Assembly: GCA_964016885.1 (NCBI GenBank)
Contig: OZ024743.1
Coordinates: 201,066,001 to 201,130,000, forward strand
DNA: 64,000 nucleotides
Reading direction: 5' to 3'
Source: Eledone cirrhosa
Lineage: Eukaryota
Part shown: positions 44,105 through 57,057 of the stretch, piece by piece
Layout of the letters: each line of letters opens with the position of its first letter
Numbering within the stretch: position 1 is the stretch's first letter
Position numbers and translations under genes: made by a program
Notes under the pieces: generated by a model
Seen by the model: only the letters and a program-made list of their open reading frames with translations
Told to the model about the DNA's origin: nothing
Databases searched by the model: none

Positions 44105-44467
44105 GGAAGAAAACTTACTCCAACATTTGATTTAATTTTAAATCTTTAATTTTTAACTTTTAACTCCTATTAATTCTTTTTAATTTTTTATTTCAATACT
44201 CAACATTTGATAAGATGAATTTTAATAATACATCGAAACTGGTAATACTTTATATACTTTATATACATTATACATATCTTTTTTAAAAAAGAATTGTCCC
44301 TCTCATTTTTTCAATAATGTTATCTTTTCAATAATGTCACTTTGACAAATCAAAGAAAGGATAAAAAAAGAAAAACAGACCCTTAAATATATTTTCCGTA
44401 CTATTTCCATTTTCTCTATATCCACTGTTTTGTATAGAACCTTACTTCCCTTTTCTAATATATATAT

Positions 44468-44791
44468 ATCATCATTTTACGTCCCCTTTTTCCCTGCTTG
44501 CAAGGGTGGGACGGGAACTGATTCTGGCTTGATTTCTACAGCTGGACACCCTTCCTAACACCAACCTCATTTACAGTGAGTGGTGGGTGCTTTTTTGCCG
44601 TGGCACCTCCACGACCACTTTGCAGTGGAATGATAGGGACCCCCAGTCCTATCATCTCATTTCTACAGTTGAGTAAACTGGAGCAATGTGAAATAAAGTG
44701 TCTTGCTCAAGGAAACAACACATCACTCGGTCTGAGAATTGAACTCACAACCTTTCGATTGCAAGGCCAATGCTCTAACCACTAAGCCATG
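44468..44791 (-). mobile_element. tRNA-derived SINE family B
   Basis: near-identical to 16718-17061. Confidence 0.85.
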
Positions 44792-44849
44792 TATATACAT
44801 ATATAAGAAATAGGATTTCGCTTCAAGCATAGCTTTATACAATATGTAT

Positions 44850-45616
<767 letters not shown>

Positions 45617-45835
45617 TATGAGATACACACACATATATATCATCACCACCAGCATCCTCACTATCTCTGTTTAACATCTATATGAAATTTGAAATATACA
45701 TAAGGATCTGACAATTTTCAATATTTGAAATGGTTGATTTGTAATTTATTACCATTTAGATTAAATTTCTTCTCCATAAAGTCTGTTTCATTTAATTTCA
45801 ATTGCCACAAAGCATTTTGTTGATCCTTTGTTTTC

Positions 45836-45931
<96 letters not shown>

Positions 45932-46070
45932 GGTGGTGGTGGTGGTGGTGGTGGTGGTGGTGGTGGTGGTGGTGATGATGATGACGACGATGATGACAAT
46001 AATAGTAATGATGATGATGATGATGATGATGATGATAATAATAATAATAAAAATAACAACAATAATAATA
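45836..46070. repeat. compound (AAT)n(GAT)n(GGT)n microsatellite
   Basis: direct reading. Confidence 0.95.
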
Positions 46071-46554
46071 AGATCTTCATCATCATCCTAATCATCGTGT
46101 GCTCTTTATGTATGGGGTGAATGTTAATAGTGCTGGCAGTAAACAAACAGCTGCTTCTGGGTTGTAATTGTATTTTCATAGAGACAACTGTTTTCTGGGG
46201 AACCATTTTGAATTTAGCATATTTTTCTAAGTGGCAATTGAAATTAAACAAAACAAAATATTTTCAGACAAAATCTAATTTAAATGGTAATAAACTGCAA
46301 AATATATATTTCAAGTATCATTGAAGAAAGTCAGATTTTAATATATCCTCAACAGGATGAAAGGTAAAGTTGACCTCTGCAGGTATTGAACTCAGAGTTC
46401 AGAAAGCTGGAATGAATAATACAAAGCATTCTATTTAATATCCTAAAATCAAATCTTGCCAAAGTCAACTTTGCCCTTCATTCTTTCAGGGTCAATGAAA
46501 TACCCCCCCCCCCCCCCACAAATAATAATAAATCTGCCATTTTACCTGTATTAG

Positions 46555-46930
46555 TGATGAAAACGATGATGGCACTGATGGTGATGATGACAATGATGAT
46601 GATGATGATGGTTATAATGAGTTTGATGATGATGCTTTTGACAATGATAAGATGATGATGTTGTTTATGATGTTGATGATGTTGGTGATGATGATGGTGA
46701 TGTTGATTATGATAATAACTACAATTATGATGATGATGGTGATGATGATGATGATGATGGTGATGACAATAAGGATGCTGATGATTATAATGATGATGAT
46801 GATGTTCGTTATTATGATGACAATAAAGTTGATGATGATGATGATGATGATGATGTTCATTATTATGATAACGATGATGATGATGATGATGATGATGAAA
46901 ACAATGACTAAGATAATGATGATTATGATG
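46555..46930. repeat. degenerate (GAT)n repeat
   Basis: direct reading. Confidence 0.9.
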
Positions 46931-47795
46931 GCTATAAAGTTATAGTTATTATTTTTTTTGAAGTTGACAAAATAAAACAAATTGCATAAAAGAAACAAAT
47001 CTCATAAGAAGTAAAAATAAAAAATCTTCTATATCCCTTTTCTTCTCATCTTTCAAGAAATGATAATCAAGAAAACAGAAACTTTGCAATGTTTATATTT
47101 GATTTTATCTAATACTCGAAATTGTGTAAGGTTGTGGTCCTATTGAGAAAATTCTCACCAGAAATATAATAGTATATAACTAGTTCTACAGTTCATTGAC
47201 TGCTTTAGCATGTAATATGATTCTTTAGATGTTTAAGGCATCAAGTAAAAGAAGAGCAAAGGAACTGATCTAAAAAAATAACAGAAAAGAAAACAGAAAA
47301 GATACAAAAAGGGGTTTCGAAAAAAAAAAAAAATAAATAAACAGAAATAAAAAAATAAAAGAAGTGGATAAAAACAGACTGGCAAAAAATATTGAAATAA
47401 AGAAACCATGTCAAAATAAAAAAAGGGAACAGAAAAAATTTGAAAAAAAATAACGGGAAAGAACAGAAAAGAAACATGATGGGTGTGGAGATGCAAGCAT
47501 TAGGATAAACAAAAGAAAACTAAAACAAAACCAACAGAAATAGTATAAGTGTGTGTTACAAGGGGGAAAAACAGATAAAAAAGTGGAAAACAGAAAAACT
47601 AAATCAGACATGATTTCCTTTGCTTGCTGACGGTCAATTATTTCAATGGTCAATGACATGCTTTATACTTCATTACACTTCACTACCTTCTCTTACATGT
47701 ACAGCAAATACACACCATACACACAGATAGGAAGCTAACAATATTCATATTTTAACACTCTTAAGTAATAAGTAATGCTTGTAAACTTATAAGCA

Positions 47796-49847
47796 CATCA
47801 TCATCATCGTTTAACGTCGATGTTCCACGCTTGCATGGGGTTGGACGGGAGTTTTCTCACTTGAGGCAAGAGTGGTTGTCTTGCTCGCATAGGACTGTCT
47901 GGCGGATTTTCTACAGCTGGATGCCCTTCCTAATACCAACCACATTTACAGTGTGGGACTGGGAGGTTTTTACCGTGTTGCCTACACGGCCACATTACAG
48001 CGTGGACTGTGTGTTTTTTGTCGTGACACCTACACGATCTCATTGGTTTCGACCTGGATGTTGTGGGACCAACATAACTTTACATTGAAAGGGGCGGTGT
48101 GGATGGAGTGGGGGTGGTGGGACGGGGGTGTATTTTGTTAGAGATACCTACTGACTGTAGTAGGTTTACTTTGTATTTACTTTGTATTACTGAGTACCGC
48201 CAAAGCTCTCGGTCCAGTGATATTGTCTTGGAGAGGTGTAAGTGTGTGAGGTCGGAATTTATCATGTCGTCCCAGGTTTTTCTGGGTCTGCCTACTCCGT
48301 GGCTACTGTCTATCTTTATTGCCCTGCACTTTGTTATACAGCTGTCGTCTTTCATGCGCATCACGTGACCATACCAATGTAGCCTTCTCTAGAGTAAACA
48401 ACATCTGATCCCTCTTATTTTAATTTTTCCTTTAGTTCGTTTATGCTTGGCCGTTCACGTATATTACTATTACACATCCAGCGGAGCATGCAAGCTTCGT
48501 TCCTCTCTAGTCTGCGTATATCCTCTGCACACAATGCCCAGGTCTCACTGCCATGCAACATGGCTGTTCGTATGCAGGCATCATACAACCTGCCTTTCAT
48601 TTTTAGGGAGAACCCTTTAGCGGCTAATAGTGGTATAAGCTCTCTGAACTTTTTCCATCCAGTTCTGACTCTAGCTACTGTACTTTCAGAGCACCCTCCC
48701 CCACTGCTGATTTTGTCACCCAGGTAACGGAAGCTGTCCACTATTTCTATAGAACCCTCTCTGCAATTGAAAGAGCTAGTATTTTGTGGGCACTTGCTGC
48801 TACTTATTGCACCAGAGCTCCGGCCACATGTAAAATCTATGTTCTTAGTTAGCTTACCTGTGATCCCACTACATCTTTTATGCACCAATACTTTGCATTT
48901 GGGACATAAAATGGAGTTTCTACCTACGCCTTTCCTACACACTGAGCATGGCCATTTCCCAGAAGGGACTGGCGCCTTATTTTCTTTCCTACAAACTAGA
49001 ACTTTAGTCTTAGCCAGGCTAATTTTAAGGTCTTTTGATTCTAGGCCGTGCTTCCATGTTTGGAATTTCTTCTCTAGTTCGGCCATTGATTCAGCTATGA
49101 GCGTTAGATCATCTGCGTATAGGAGTTCCCATGGGCAGCCAGTCTTGAACTCCACTGTTATAGTCTGAAGGGCAATAATAAATAGTAGGGGGCTAAGAAC
49201 AGAGCCCTGATGAACACCAACTTTTACGCTAAACTCTTCACTATATTCGTTGTTAATTCTAACCTTGCTGACTGTTTCTTTATACATGGCTTGCATAGCT
49301 CTCACAAGCCATTCGTCAACACCTAGTTTTCTAAGAGCCCACCAGATAATGGAACGGGGTCTCTGTCGAAGGCTTTCTCCAAGTCGACAAAAGCTAAGTA
49401 GAGGGGTTTACTTTTAGCTAGGTACTTCTCCTGTAGTTGTCGTACAATGAAAAGAGCGTCTGTGGTACTTTTGCCTGACACAAACCCGAACTGCATTTCA
49501 TCTAGATCAATTCTCTCTCTGATTAGTTGCGCTATTACTTTTTCCGTGACCTTCATGACCTGGTCGATTAATTTAATGCCTCTATAGTTACTCCTATCTA
49601 GGGCATCTCCTTTACCCTTGTAACAGTTAATGATGATGCTGCTACGCTAGTCCTTCGGAACAACCCCATTCTGTATGACTTGGTTTACTATCCGGGTGAC
49701 CATGGTGTGTCCCACCGTTCCAGAGGCTTTCAGCATCTCAGCAACTATTTCCGAAGGCCCAGCCGCCTTACCCGTTTTCATATCTTTGATTGCCTTACTT
49801 ATTATACTACCTCGACTAACACTGCTGGTCCCTCTATTGGGTCGATA
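47796..49847 (-). mobile_element. 5'-truncated RTE LINE (main family)
   Basis: RT ORF pieces 49323-49556 and 48415-49305 with YADD and PHD-like finger. Confidence 0.95.
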
Positions 49848-49866
49848 CATGTTTATATATATACAT

Positions 49867-50204
49867 GGCAGCACAAGGCTTAGTGGTTAGAGCATTGGCC
49901 TTGCAATCGAAAGGTTGTGAGTTCAATTCTCAGACCGGGTGATGTGTTGTTTCCTTGAGAAAGACACTTTATTTTACATTGCTCCAGTTTACTCAGCTGT
50001 AGAAATGAGATGATAGGGACTGGGGTCCCTATCATTCCACTGCAAAGTGGTCGTGTAGGTGGCACGACAAAAACCACCCAGCACTCACTGTAAATGAGGT
50101 TGGTGTTAGGAAGGGCATCCAGCTGTAGAAATCAAGCCAGAATCAGTGCCCGTCCCACCCTTGAAGCAGGGAAAATGGATGTAAAATGATGAAAATGATG
50201 ATGA
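49867..50204 (+). mobile_element. tRNA-derived SINE family B, near full length
   Basis: ggcttagtggttagagcattggccttgcaatcgaaaggttgtgagttcaattctc... Confidence 0.87.
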
Positions 50205-50220
50205 TATATATATATATACG

Positions 50221-50420
50221 TTTAATATAGAAATGGTTTCTACAGGATTAGAACTTTTTAATTTGGAGGAAATCATCAGGAAAGCTTTCCTGATGATTTC
50301 CAAATGAAATAGTTCTTGTCCTGTAGAAGCCTTTCCTATATAAACCTCTGTCATCACTCTATATATGTATTGAGTACCTTATTTATTGAGGTTACGGCTG
50401 ACTAAACTCGGGAACAACAT
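50221..50420. mobile_element. family C fold-back element
   Basis: palindrome centred on tcatcaggaaagctttcctgatga; tail gtattgagtacc. Confidence 0.65.
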
Positions 50421-50961
50421 ATATATCATCTTCAATGTTTTACGTCCATTTTTCCACACTAGCATTTATATGATTAATTATGAAAGATTATGAAAATGGG
50501 AAGCTATTTTTATGCAGTCATATATTTAAATATTTATAGTTAACCCATTCAAGCGTAGAACAACAGACATAAAATGTTGATAATAATGACCATGATAATA
50601 TATTTAGTTGTTGGGTAAGATTTTGTAAAGAAAAATGATATCATATTACGATACATGCATATATTTATATATATATATACATATAAATAGTCGATTGACT
50701 TTTGTCAAATCAGACCGAGGAAAAAATGTTTCCATTGGTCTTTCCAAATGCTAATACTATCTATCGGTCGCATCTCCAGGTAGAAGGAGCAACGTGAAAT
50801 AAAGTGTCTTGCTTAAGGACATAACGCATTGCCTGGTCCGGGAATCGAACTCACAACCTCACGATTGCGAATCCAATTCTCAAACTACTCAGCCATGCGC
50901 CTTCACTATATATATATATATATGTTTGTGTATCATATACATAAGAATATATATATATTTA

Positions 50962-51058
50962 CAGGGTGTCCCAAAAAATGTATAGATACTTCAACAGTAT
51001 TCTAAAAAATATTGCCTGTATCGGTAATCAAAGTGTGTATACATTGTTTGGGGACACC

Positions 51059-51061
<3 letters not shown>
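50962..51061. mobile_element. 100-bp Tc1/mariner-type MITE
   Basis: TA-cagggtgtcccaaaaaatgtata ... tatacattgtttggggacaccctg-TA. Confidence 0.85.
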
Positions 51062-51139
<78 letters not shown>

Positions 51140-51216
51140 GATCAAGTGTTCGGAACTAGCTGTCAAAATGGCCGGAGCTCAGCCGTCGGGGTCCTGACAC
51201 TTTTCCTATATATAAC

Positions 51217-51289
<73 letters not shown>

Positions 51290-51328
51290 ATATTAAATAA
51301 ATGGAAACTATATTTATAAAACCATATT

Positions 51329-51393
51329 TATTTTATTATATATATTTCAAGGGCAACAAAGACAACATTGGTATGCTTTCATCAGATAAAATA
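51329..51393 (-). ncRNA. type I hammerhead ribozyme (family B2) in a (TA)n-flanked insert (51283-51500)
   Basis: minus strand tattttat-CTGATGA-aag...ctt-GAAA-tatata-TA|ataaaata; 8-bp perfect stem I. Confidence 0.7.
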
Positions 51394-51497
51394 CAAAGTT
51401 TGTTTTATAAATAGAGACGCACCTATGTTGAGTGCTCTAAATCAGTTATAAACATTTATGTTTGTCGGACTGCCAACAAATTAAATACAACTTCTAG

Positions 51498-51532
<35 letters not shown>

Positions 51533-51536
<4 letters not shown>

Positions 51537-54338
51537 GGGAACACACAAGCCAGGTAGATTATATCCTTACCAGAAGACGTGACAGAGTGTCTGTTGTAAA
51601 CACTAAATCCCTCCCCCATGAAGAATGCACCTCCCAACATAGACTGATAATTAGCGACCTCATAGTCAGGACGAGACGTACCCGACAGCAGAAGAGGACT
51701 ATCCTCAGGAGGAAAATATGGAAACTAAAGGACCCCACAGCCAGAAATAAATTTCAAAGCATATTACTTGATGCTTTCGACAGTAAGGAAGAGCATCTAG
51801 AATCGGACAATATAGAGGGACAGTGGAAATTTCTGAAAGCAAACCTGCTGTTGGCGACAGACGAAGTCTGTGGCTGGAGCAGGCCTGTAGGCAGGAGGAG
51901 AGTAACATGGTGGTGGAACAATAGGGTGGAGGGGTCAATTAAGGCCAAAAAGCAGGCTTGGAAAGTATGGCGGGATGGGGGAAGTAGAGTAGACTATCAA
52001 GTGGCCAGGAGGGAAGCTAGGAGAGAAGTGTACTTAGCAAGAAGGGAAGCTGAGGAAAGAAAGTTCAAGCATGTTCTACAACGCGAGGACCAAAAACGTG
52101 AGGTGTTCAGGATTGCCAGGCAATGCGTCAAGGAAAACCGTGATATTGTCGGGGAGAAGTGTGTACTTAACGATGATGGCATACTTGCCATCACCGACAC
52201 TGATAAGAAGGTAGCTTGGAAGTGTTACTATGAAAGGCTACTAAATGAGGAGAATAAATGGGAGAAAGACAGTCTCCCCCATATCGACCCGATAGAGGGA
52301 CCAGCAGTGTTAGTCGAGGGGAGTATAATAAGTAAGGCAATCAAGGATATGAAGACTGGTAAGGCGGCTGGGCCTTCGGAAATAGTTGCTGAGATGCTGA
52401 AGGCATCTGGCACGGTGGGACACACCATGGTCACCCGCATAGTTAACCAAGTCGTACAGAATGGGGTTGTTCCGAAGGACTGGCATAGCAGCATCATCGT
52501 TAACTGTTATAAGGGTAAAGGAGACGCCCTAGATAGGAGTATCTATAGAGGCATTAAATTAATCGACCAGGTCATGAAGGTCATGGAAAAAGTAATAGCG
52601 CAACTAATCAGAGAGAGAATTGATCTAGATGAAATGCAGTTCGGGTTTGTGTCAGGCAAAAGCACCACAGACGCTCTTTTCATAGTACGACAACTACAGG
52701 AGAAGTACCTAGCTAAAGGTAAACCCCTCTACTTAGCTTTTGTCGACCTGGAGAAAGCCTTCGACAGAGTCCCCCGCTCCATTATCTGGTGGGCTCTTAG
52801 AAAACTAGGCGTTGACGAATGGCTTGTGAGGGCTATACAAGCCATGTATAAAGAAACAGTCAGCAAGGTTAGAATTAACAACGAATATAGTGAAGAGTTT
52901 AGCGTAAAAGTTGGCGTCCATCAGGGCTCTGTTCTCAGCCCCCTACTATTTATTATTGCCCTTCAGGCTATAACAGAGGAGTTCAAGACAGGCTGCCCAT
53001 GGGAACTCCTATACGCAGACGACCTGACACTCATAGCGGAATCAATGGCCGAGCTAGAGAAGAAATTCCAAACATGGAAGCACGGCCTAGAGTCAAAAGG
53101 ACTTAAAATTAACCTGGCTAAGACCAAAGTTCTAGTTTGTAGGAAAGAAAACAAGGCGGCGGTCCCTTCTGGGAAATGGTCGTGCTCGGTATGTAGGAAA
53201 GGCGTAGGTAGAAACTCCATCTTATGTCCTAAATGCAAAGTATGGGTGCATAAAAGATGTAGTGGGATCACAGGTAAGCTAACTAAGAACATAGACTTTA
53301 CATGTGGCCGGTGTTCTGGTGCAATAAGTAGCAGCAAGTGCCCACAAAATACTAGCTCTTTCAATTGCGCAGAGGGTTCTATAGAAATAGTGGACAGCTT
53401 CCGTTACCTGGGCGATAAAATCAGCAGTGGGGGAGGGTGCTCTGAAAGTACTGTAGCTAGAGTCAGAACTGGTTGGAAAAAGTTCAGAGAGCTTATACCA
53501 CTATTAGCTGCTAAAGGGTTCTCCCTAAAAATGAAAGGCAGGTTGTACGATGCCTGCATACGAACAGCAATGTTGCATGGTAGTGAGACCTGGGCATTGT
53601 GTGCAGAGGATATACGCAGACTAGAGAGGAACGAAGCTTGCATGCTCCGCTGGATGTGTAACAGTAATATACGTGAACGGCAAAGCATAAACGAACTAAG
53701 GAAAAAATTAGAGATAAGAGGGATCAGATGTTGTTTACTCGAGAGAAGGCTGCGTTGGTATGGACACGTGATGCGCATGAAAGTCGATAGCTGTATTACA
53801 AAGTGCAGGGCAATAAAGATAGACGGTAGCCACGGAATAGGCAGACCTAGAAAAACATGGGATGAGCTGATAAACTCAGACCTCACACACTTACACCTCT
53901 CCAAGACAATGTCACTGGACCGTGACCTTTGGCGGTACTCAGTAACAGAGAAGACCCGCCTTGCCAGTAGGCATCTCTAACAAACTACACCCCGTCCCGC
54001 CACCACCCCCACCCCATCCACACCACCCCGTTCCATGTAAAGTTATGTTGGTGCCGCGCCATCCAGGCCGAAACAAACGAGATCGTGTAGGTGTCACGAC
54101 AAAAAAACACACAGTCCACGCTGTAATGTGGCCGTGTAGGCAACACGGTAAAAACCTCCCAGACCCACACTGTAAATGTGGTTGGTGTTAGGAAGGGCAT
54201 CCAACTGTAGAAAACCTGCCAGACAGTCCTATGCGAGCAAGACAATCACTCTTGCCTCAAGTGGGACTACCCCCGTCCAAACCCATGCAAGCGTGGAACA
54301 CGGACGTTAAACGTTGATGATGATGATGATGATGATGT
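51533..54338 (+). mobile_element. longest and best-preserved RTE LINE copy (5' truncated within the APE endonuclease)
   Basis: begins right after (TA)n with SGEHTSQVDYIL; ends in (GAT)n. Confidence 0.97.
51587..53980 (+). CDS. RTE LINE polyprotein fragment: APE C-terminus, reverse transcriptase and PHD-like finger (797-aa uninterrupted frame; not a true start)
   Basis: SQHRLI (APE SDH-like), YRGIKL, QFGF, FVDLEKAFDRV, GVHQGSVLSPLLF, YADD, FRYLG, WYGHV, GRPRKTW. Confidence 0.93.
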   Translation: MSVVNTKSLPHEECTSQHRLIISDLIVRTRRTRQQKRTILRRKIWKLKDPTARNKFQSILLDAFDSKEEHLESDNIEGQWKFLKANLLLATDEVCGWSRPVGRRRVTWWWNNRVEGSIKAKKQAWKVWRDGGSRVDYQVARREARREVYLARREAEERKFKHVLQREDQKREVFRIARQCVKENRDIVGEKCVLNDDGILAITDTDKKVAWKCYYERLLNEENKWEKDSLPHIDPIEGPAVLVEGSIISKAIKDMKTGKAAGPSEIVAEMLKASGTVGHTMVTRIVNQVVQNGVVPKDWHSSIIVNCYKGKGDALDRSIYRGIKLIDQVMKVMEKVIAQLIRERIDLDEMQFGFVSGKSTTDALFIVRQLQEKYLAKGKPLYLAFVDLEKAFDRVPRSIIWWALRKLGVDEWLVRAIQAMYKETVSKVRINNEYSEEFSVKVGVHQGSVLSPLLFIIALQAITEEFKTGCPWELLYADDLTLIAESMAELEKKFQTWKHGLESKGLKINLAKTKVLVCRKENKAAVPSGKWSCSVCRKGVGRNSILCPKCKVWVHKRCSGITGKLTKNIDFTCGRCSGAISSSKCPQNTSSFNCAEGSIEIVDSFRYLGDKISSGGGCSESTVARVRTGWKKFRELIPLLAAKGFSLKMKGRLYDACIRTAMLHGSETWALCAEDIRRLERNEACMLRWMCNSNIRERQSINELRKKLEIRGIRCCLLERRLRWYGHVMRMKVDSCITKCRAIKIDGSHGIGRPRKTWDELINSDLTHLHLSKTMSLDRDLWRYSVTEKTRLASRHL

Positions 54339-54372
54339 ATATATATGCATATGTATATAAATATATATATAT

Positions 54373-55087
54373 ATCATCATCATCATCATCATCATCATCG
54401 TTTAACGTCCATCTTCCACGCTTGCATGGGTTTGGACGGGGTTTTCCCACTTGAAGCAAGATTGGTTGTCCTGCTCGTGAAGGACTGTCTGGCGGGTTTT
54501 CTACGGCTGGGTGCCCTTCCTAACACCAACCACGTTTACAGTGTGGAACTGGGAGGTTTTTACTGTGTTACCTACACGGCCACATTACAGCGTGGACTGT
54601 GTGTTTTTTTGTCGTGACACCTACACGACCTCATTTGTTTCGGGCTGGATGTTGTGGTACCAACACAACTTCACATTGAAGGGGGTGGTGTGGATGGGGT
54701 GGGGGTAGAGGGACAGGGGTGTATTTTTGTTAGAGGTGCCTACTGACTGTAGGTTTCACTTTGTACTTAGGCAAGGCGGGTCTTCTGTATCACTGTGTAG
54801 CGCCAAAGATCTCGGTCCAGTGACATTGCCTTGGAGAGGTGTAAGTGTGCATTGCCTTGGAGAGGTGTAAGTGTGTGAGGTCGGAATTTATCAAGTCGTC
54901 CCAGGTTTTTCTGGGTCTGCCTACTCCGTGGCTACCATCTATTTTTATCGCCCTGCACTTTTTTATACAGCTGTCGTTTTTCATGCGCACCAAGTGACCT
55001 TACCAACGTAGTCTTCTCTCGAGTAAACAACATCTGATCCCTCTTATTCCTAATTTCTCCCTTAGTTCATTTATGCTTTGCCGTTCA
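54373..55087 (-). mobile_element. RTE LINE 3' fragment, tail-to-tail with the previous copy
   Basis: (CAT)n tail; reverse-complement homology; 26-bp tandem duplication at ~54824-54875. Confidence 0.93.
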
Positions 55088-55351
55088 TATATATATATAT
55101 ATATGTAGGTGTGTATATGTATGTGTGTGTGTGTGTTTATAAATACAAATACTTCTGCTGAATCTATTTGATTCTGGCAATTCCATGGTTGATGTGATTC
55201 CTCTTCATCTTTCCTGCTGTGATCCAGTAAAGATATTAATACATATTTTATTTAATGTAATGCAGAGAAATCAATTGTAACCATCTCAATGGCCATGCAC
55301 TAGCACGCACACACACACATACAAATATACATGCATATCTGTGTATGTGTC

Positions 55352-55397
<46 letters not shown>

Positions 55398-55459
55398 TAC
55401 ACATATATTATATTATGGAATACTGTTGGCTTTTTGCTACAATATTTTCTATACCTTTC

Positions 55460-55519
<60 letters not shown>

Positions 55520-55717
55520 ATGTACATACATATATGTATACAGACGTACAGTAGTATGTATATATATACATACATGCACACATATATATATGCACGTATC
55601 GGTTTACCGAACATTTATTATAATGCTCGATTTGTTTGTTTGTAAACAAACAAACAGCCCGAATTACGCCGTACAGTGTTTAGGCAACCATGTCACCTTT
55701 TTGTTCAACACTGACAC

Positions 55718-55775
55718 AGGGACGATGTACTAGTTTCAAGCTTATTAGCTATCGTCAGCATCATATACCTTCCTG
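55718..55775 (-). ncRNA. type I hammerhead ribozyme (diverged locus, left arm)
   Basis: minus strand tgatg-CTGACGA-tagctaataagctt-GAAA-ctag-TA|catcg. Confidence 0.8.
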
Positions 55776-56317
55776 CCAGATGGTTGAACGTCTGAAAGTA
55801 TATACTTTCCTTATGCATATTAACGGCTGAGCAGCCTAATTTGCATATCGAGTGAGTTCAGTTGGCCGGGCACACCGAAAACGATAAAAGAAATAGAATG
55901 AAACAAAATTTCATTTCTCACTCTTAGTACGGCACTTACTTAAATGTAAGTACGTATGTATGTATACGTACATACATATATGTATACAGACGTACAGTAG
56001 TATGTATATATATACATACAAATCGAGCATTATAATAAATGTTCGGTAAACCAATACATGCATATATATGTGTGCATGTATGTATATATATACATACTAC
56101 TGTATGTCTGTATACATATATGTATGTACGTATACATACATACTTACATTTAAGTAAGTGTCGTACTAAGAGTGAGAAATGAAATTTTGTTTCGTTCTAT
56201 TCCATTTATCGTTTTCGGTGTGCCCGGCCGACTGAACTCACTCGATATGCAAATTAGGCTGCTCAGCCGTTAATATGCATAAGGAAAGTATATACTTTCA
56301 GACGTTCAACCATCTGG

Positions 56318-56376
56318 CAGGAAGGTATACGATGCTGATGATAGCTAATAAGCTTGAAACTAGTACATCGTTCCTG
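56318..56376 (+). ncRNA. type I hammerhead ribozyme (diverged locus, right arm)
   Basis: acgatg-CTGATGA-tagctaataagctt-GAAA-ctag-TA|catcgt; predicted cleavage after 56365. Confidence 0.85.
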
Positions 56377-56750
56377 TGTCAGTGTTGAACAAAAAGGTGA
56401 CGTGGTTGCCTAAACACTGTATGGCGTAATTCGGGCTGTTTGTTTGTTTACAAACAAACAAACCGAGCATTATAATAAATGTTTGGTAAACCGATACGTG
56501 CATATATATATGTGTGCATGTATGTATATATATACATACTACTGCATGTCTGTATACATATATGTATGTACGTATACATACATACTTACATTTAAGTAAG
56601 TGCCGAACTAAGAGTGAGAAATGAAATTTCGTTTCATTCTATTCTATATATATATATTTATATATGCAAAAGTTCTATTTAAATTGTTGGGATACAACAA
56701 GCAAATATTATTATAACTGATATAAAGCATTCGACAAATATTTGGAGTAG

Positions 56751-56979
56751 ATATACAATATTAATAAATGGAAACTATATTTATAAAACCATATTTATTT
56801 CATTATATATATTTCAAGGATACCAAGTTAAATCATGGTATGCCTTCAGACAAAATACAATATATAACAGTTTTACAAATAGATATTGACGTACCCTTTC
56901 AAAAAGGTATCCTTGAAATATATATAATGAAATAAATATGGTTTTATGAATATAGTTTCCATTTATTAATATTGTATAT
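56751..56979. mobile_element. family B2 fold-back element (74-bp inverted arms; hammerhead core with a 3-nt deletion)
   Basis: arms 56751-56824 and 56906-56979; homologous to 51283-51400. Confidence 0.7.
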
Positions 56980-57057
56980 TTATATATATATTTATATATT
57001 TATATATATAGAGATATATATAGATATTTATATATGTATATATATTTATATATATAT

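Larger units (their letters stand above)
55507..56645. repeat. diverged copy of the 422-bp hammerhead unit (~440-446 bp), ~1.2 units plus ~1.4 inverted units
   Basis: collinear with the 6444 unit; inversion junction at ~56020 with aca microhomology; flanked by (TA)n. Confidence 0.92.

Noticed and set aside
49867-49940. tRNA genes at SINE heads
   Set aside because: A/B boxes continue into repeated SINE bodies and lack a proper acceptor stem
53404-53904. Antisense ORFs recurring opposite the LINE RT
   Set aside because: Shadow frames of the same repeated LINE sequence
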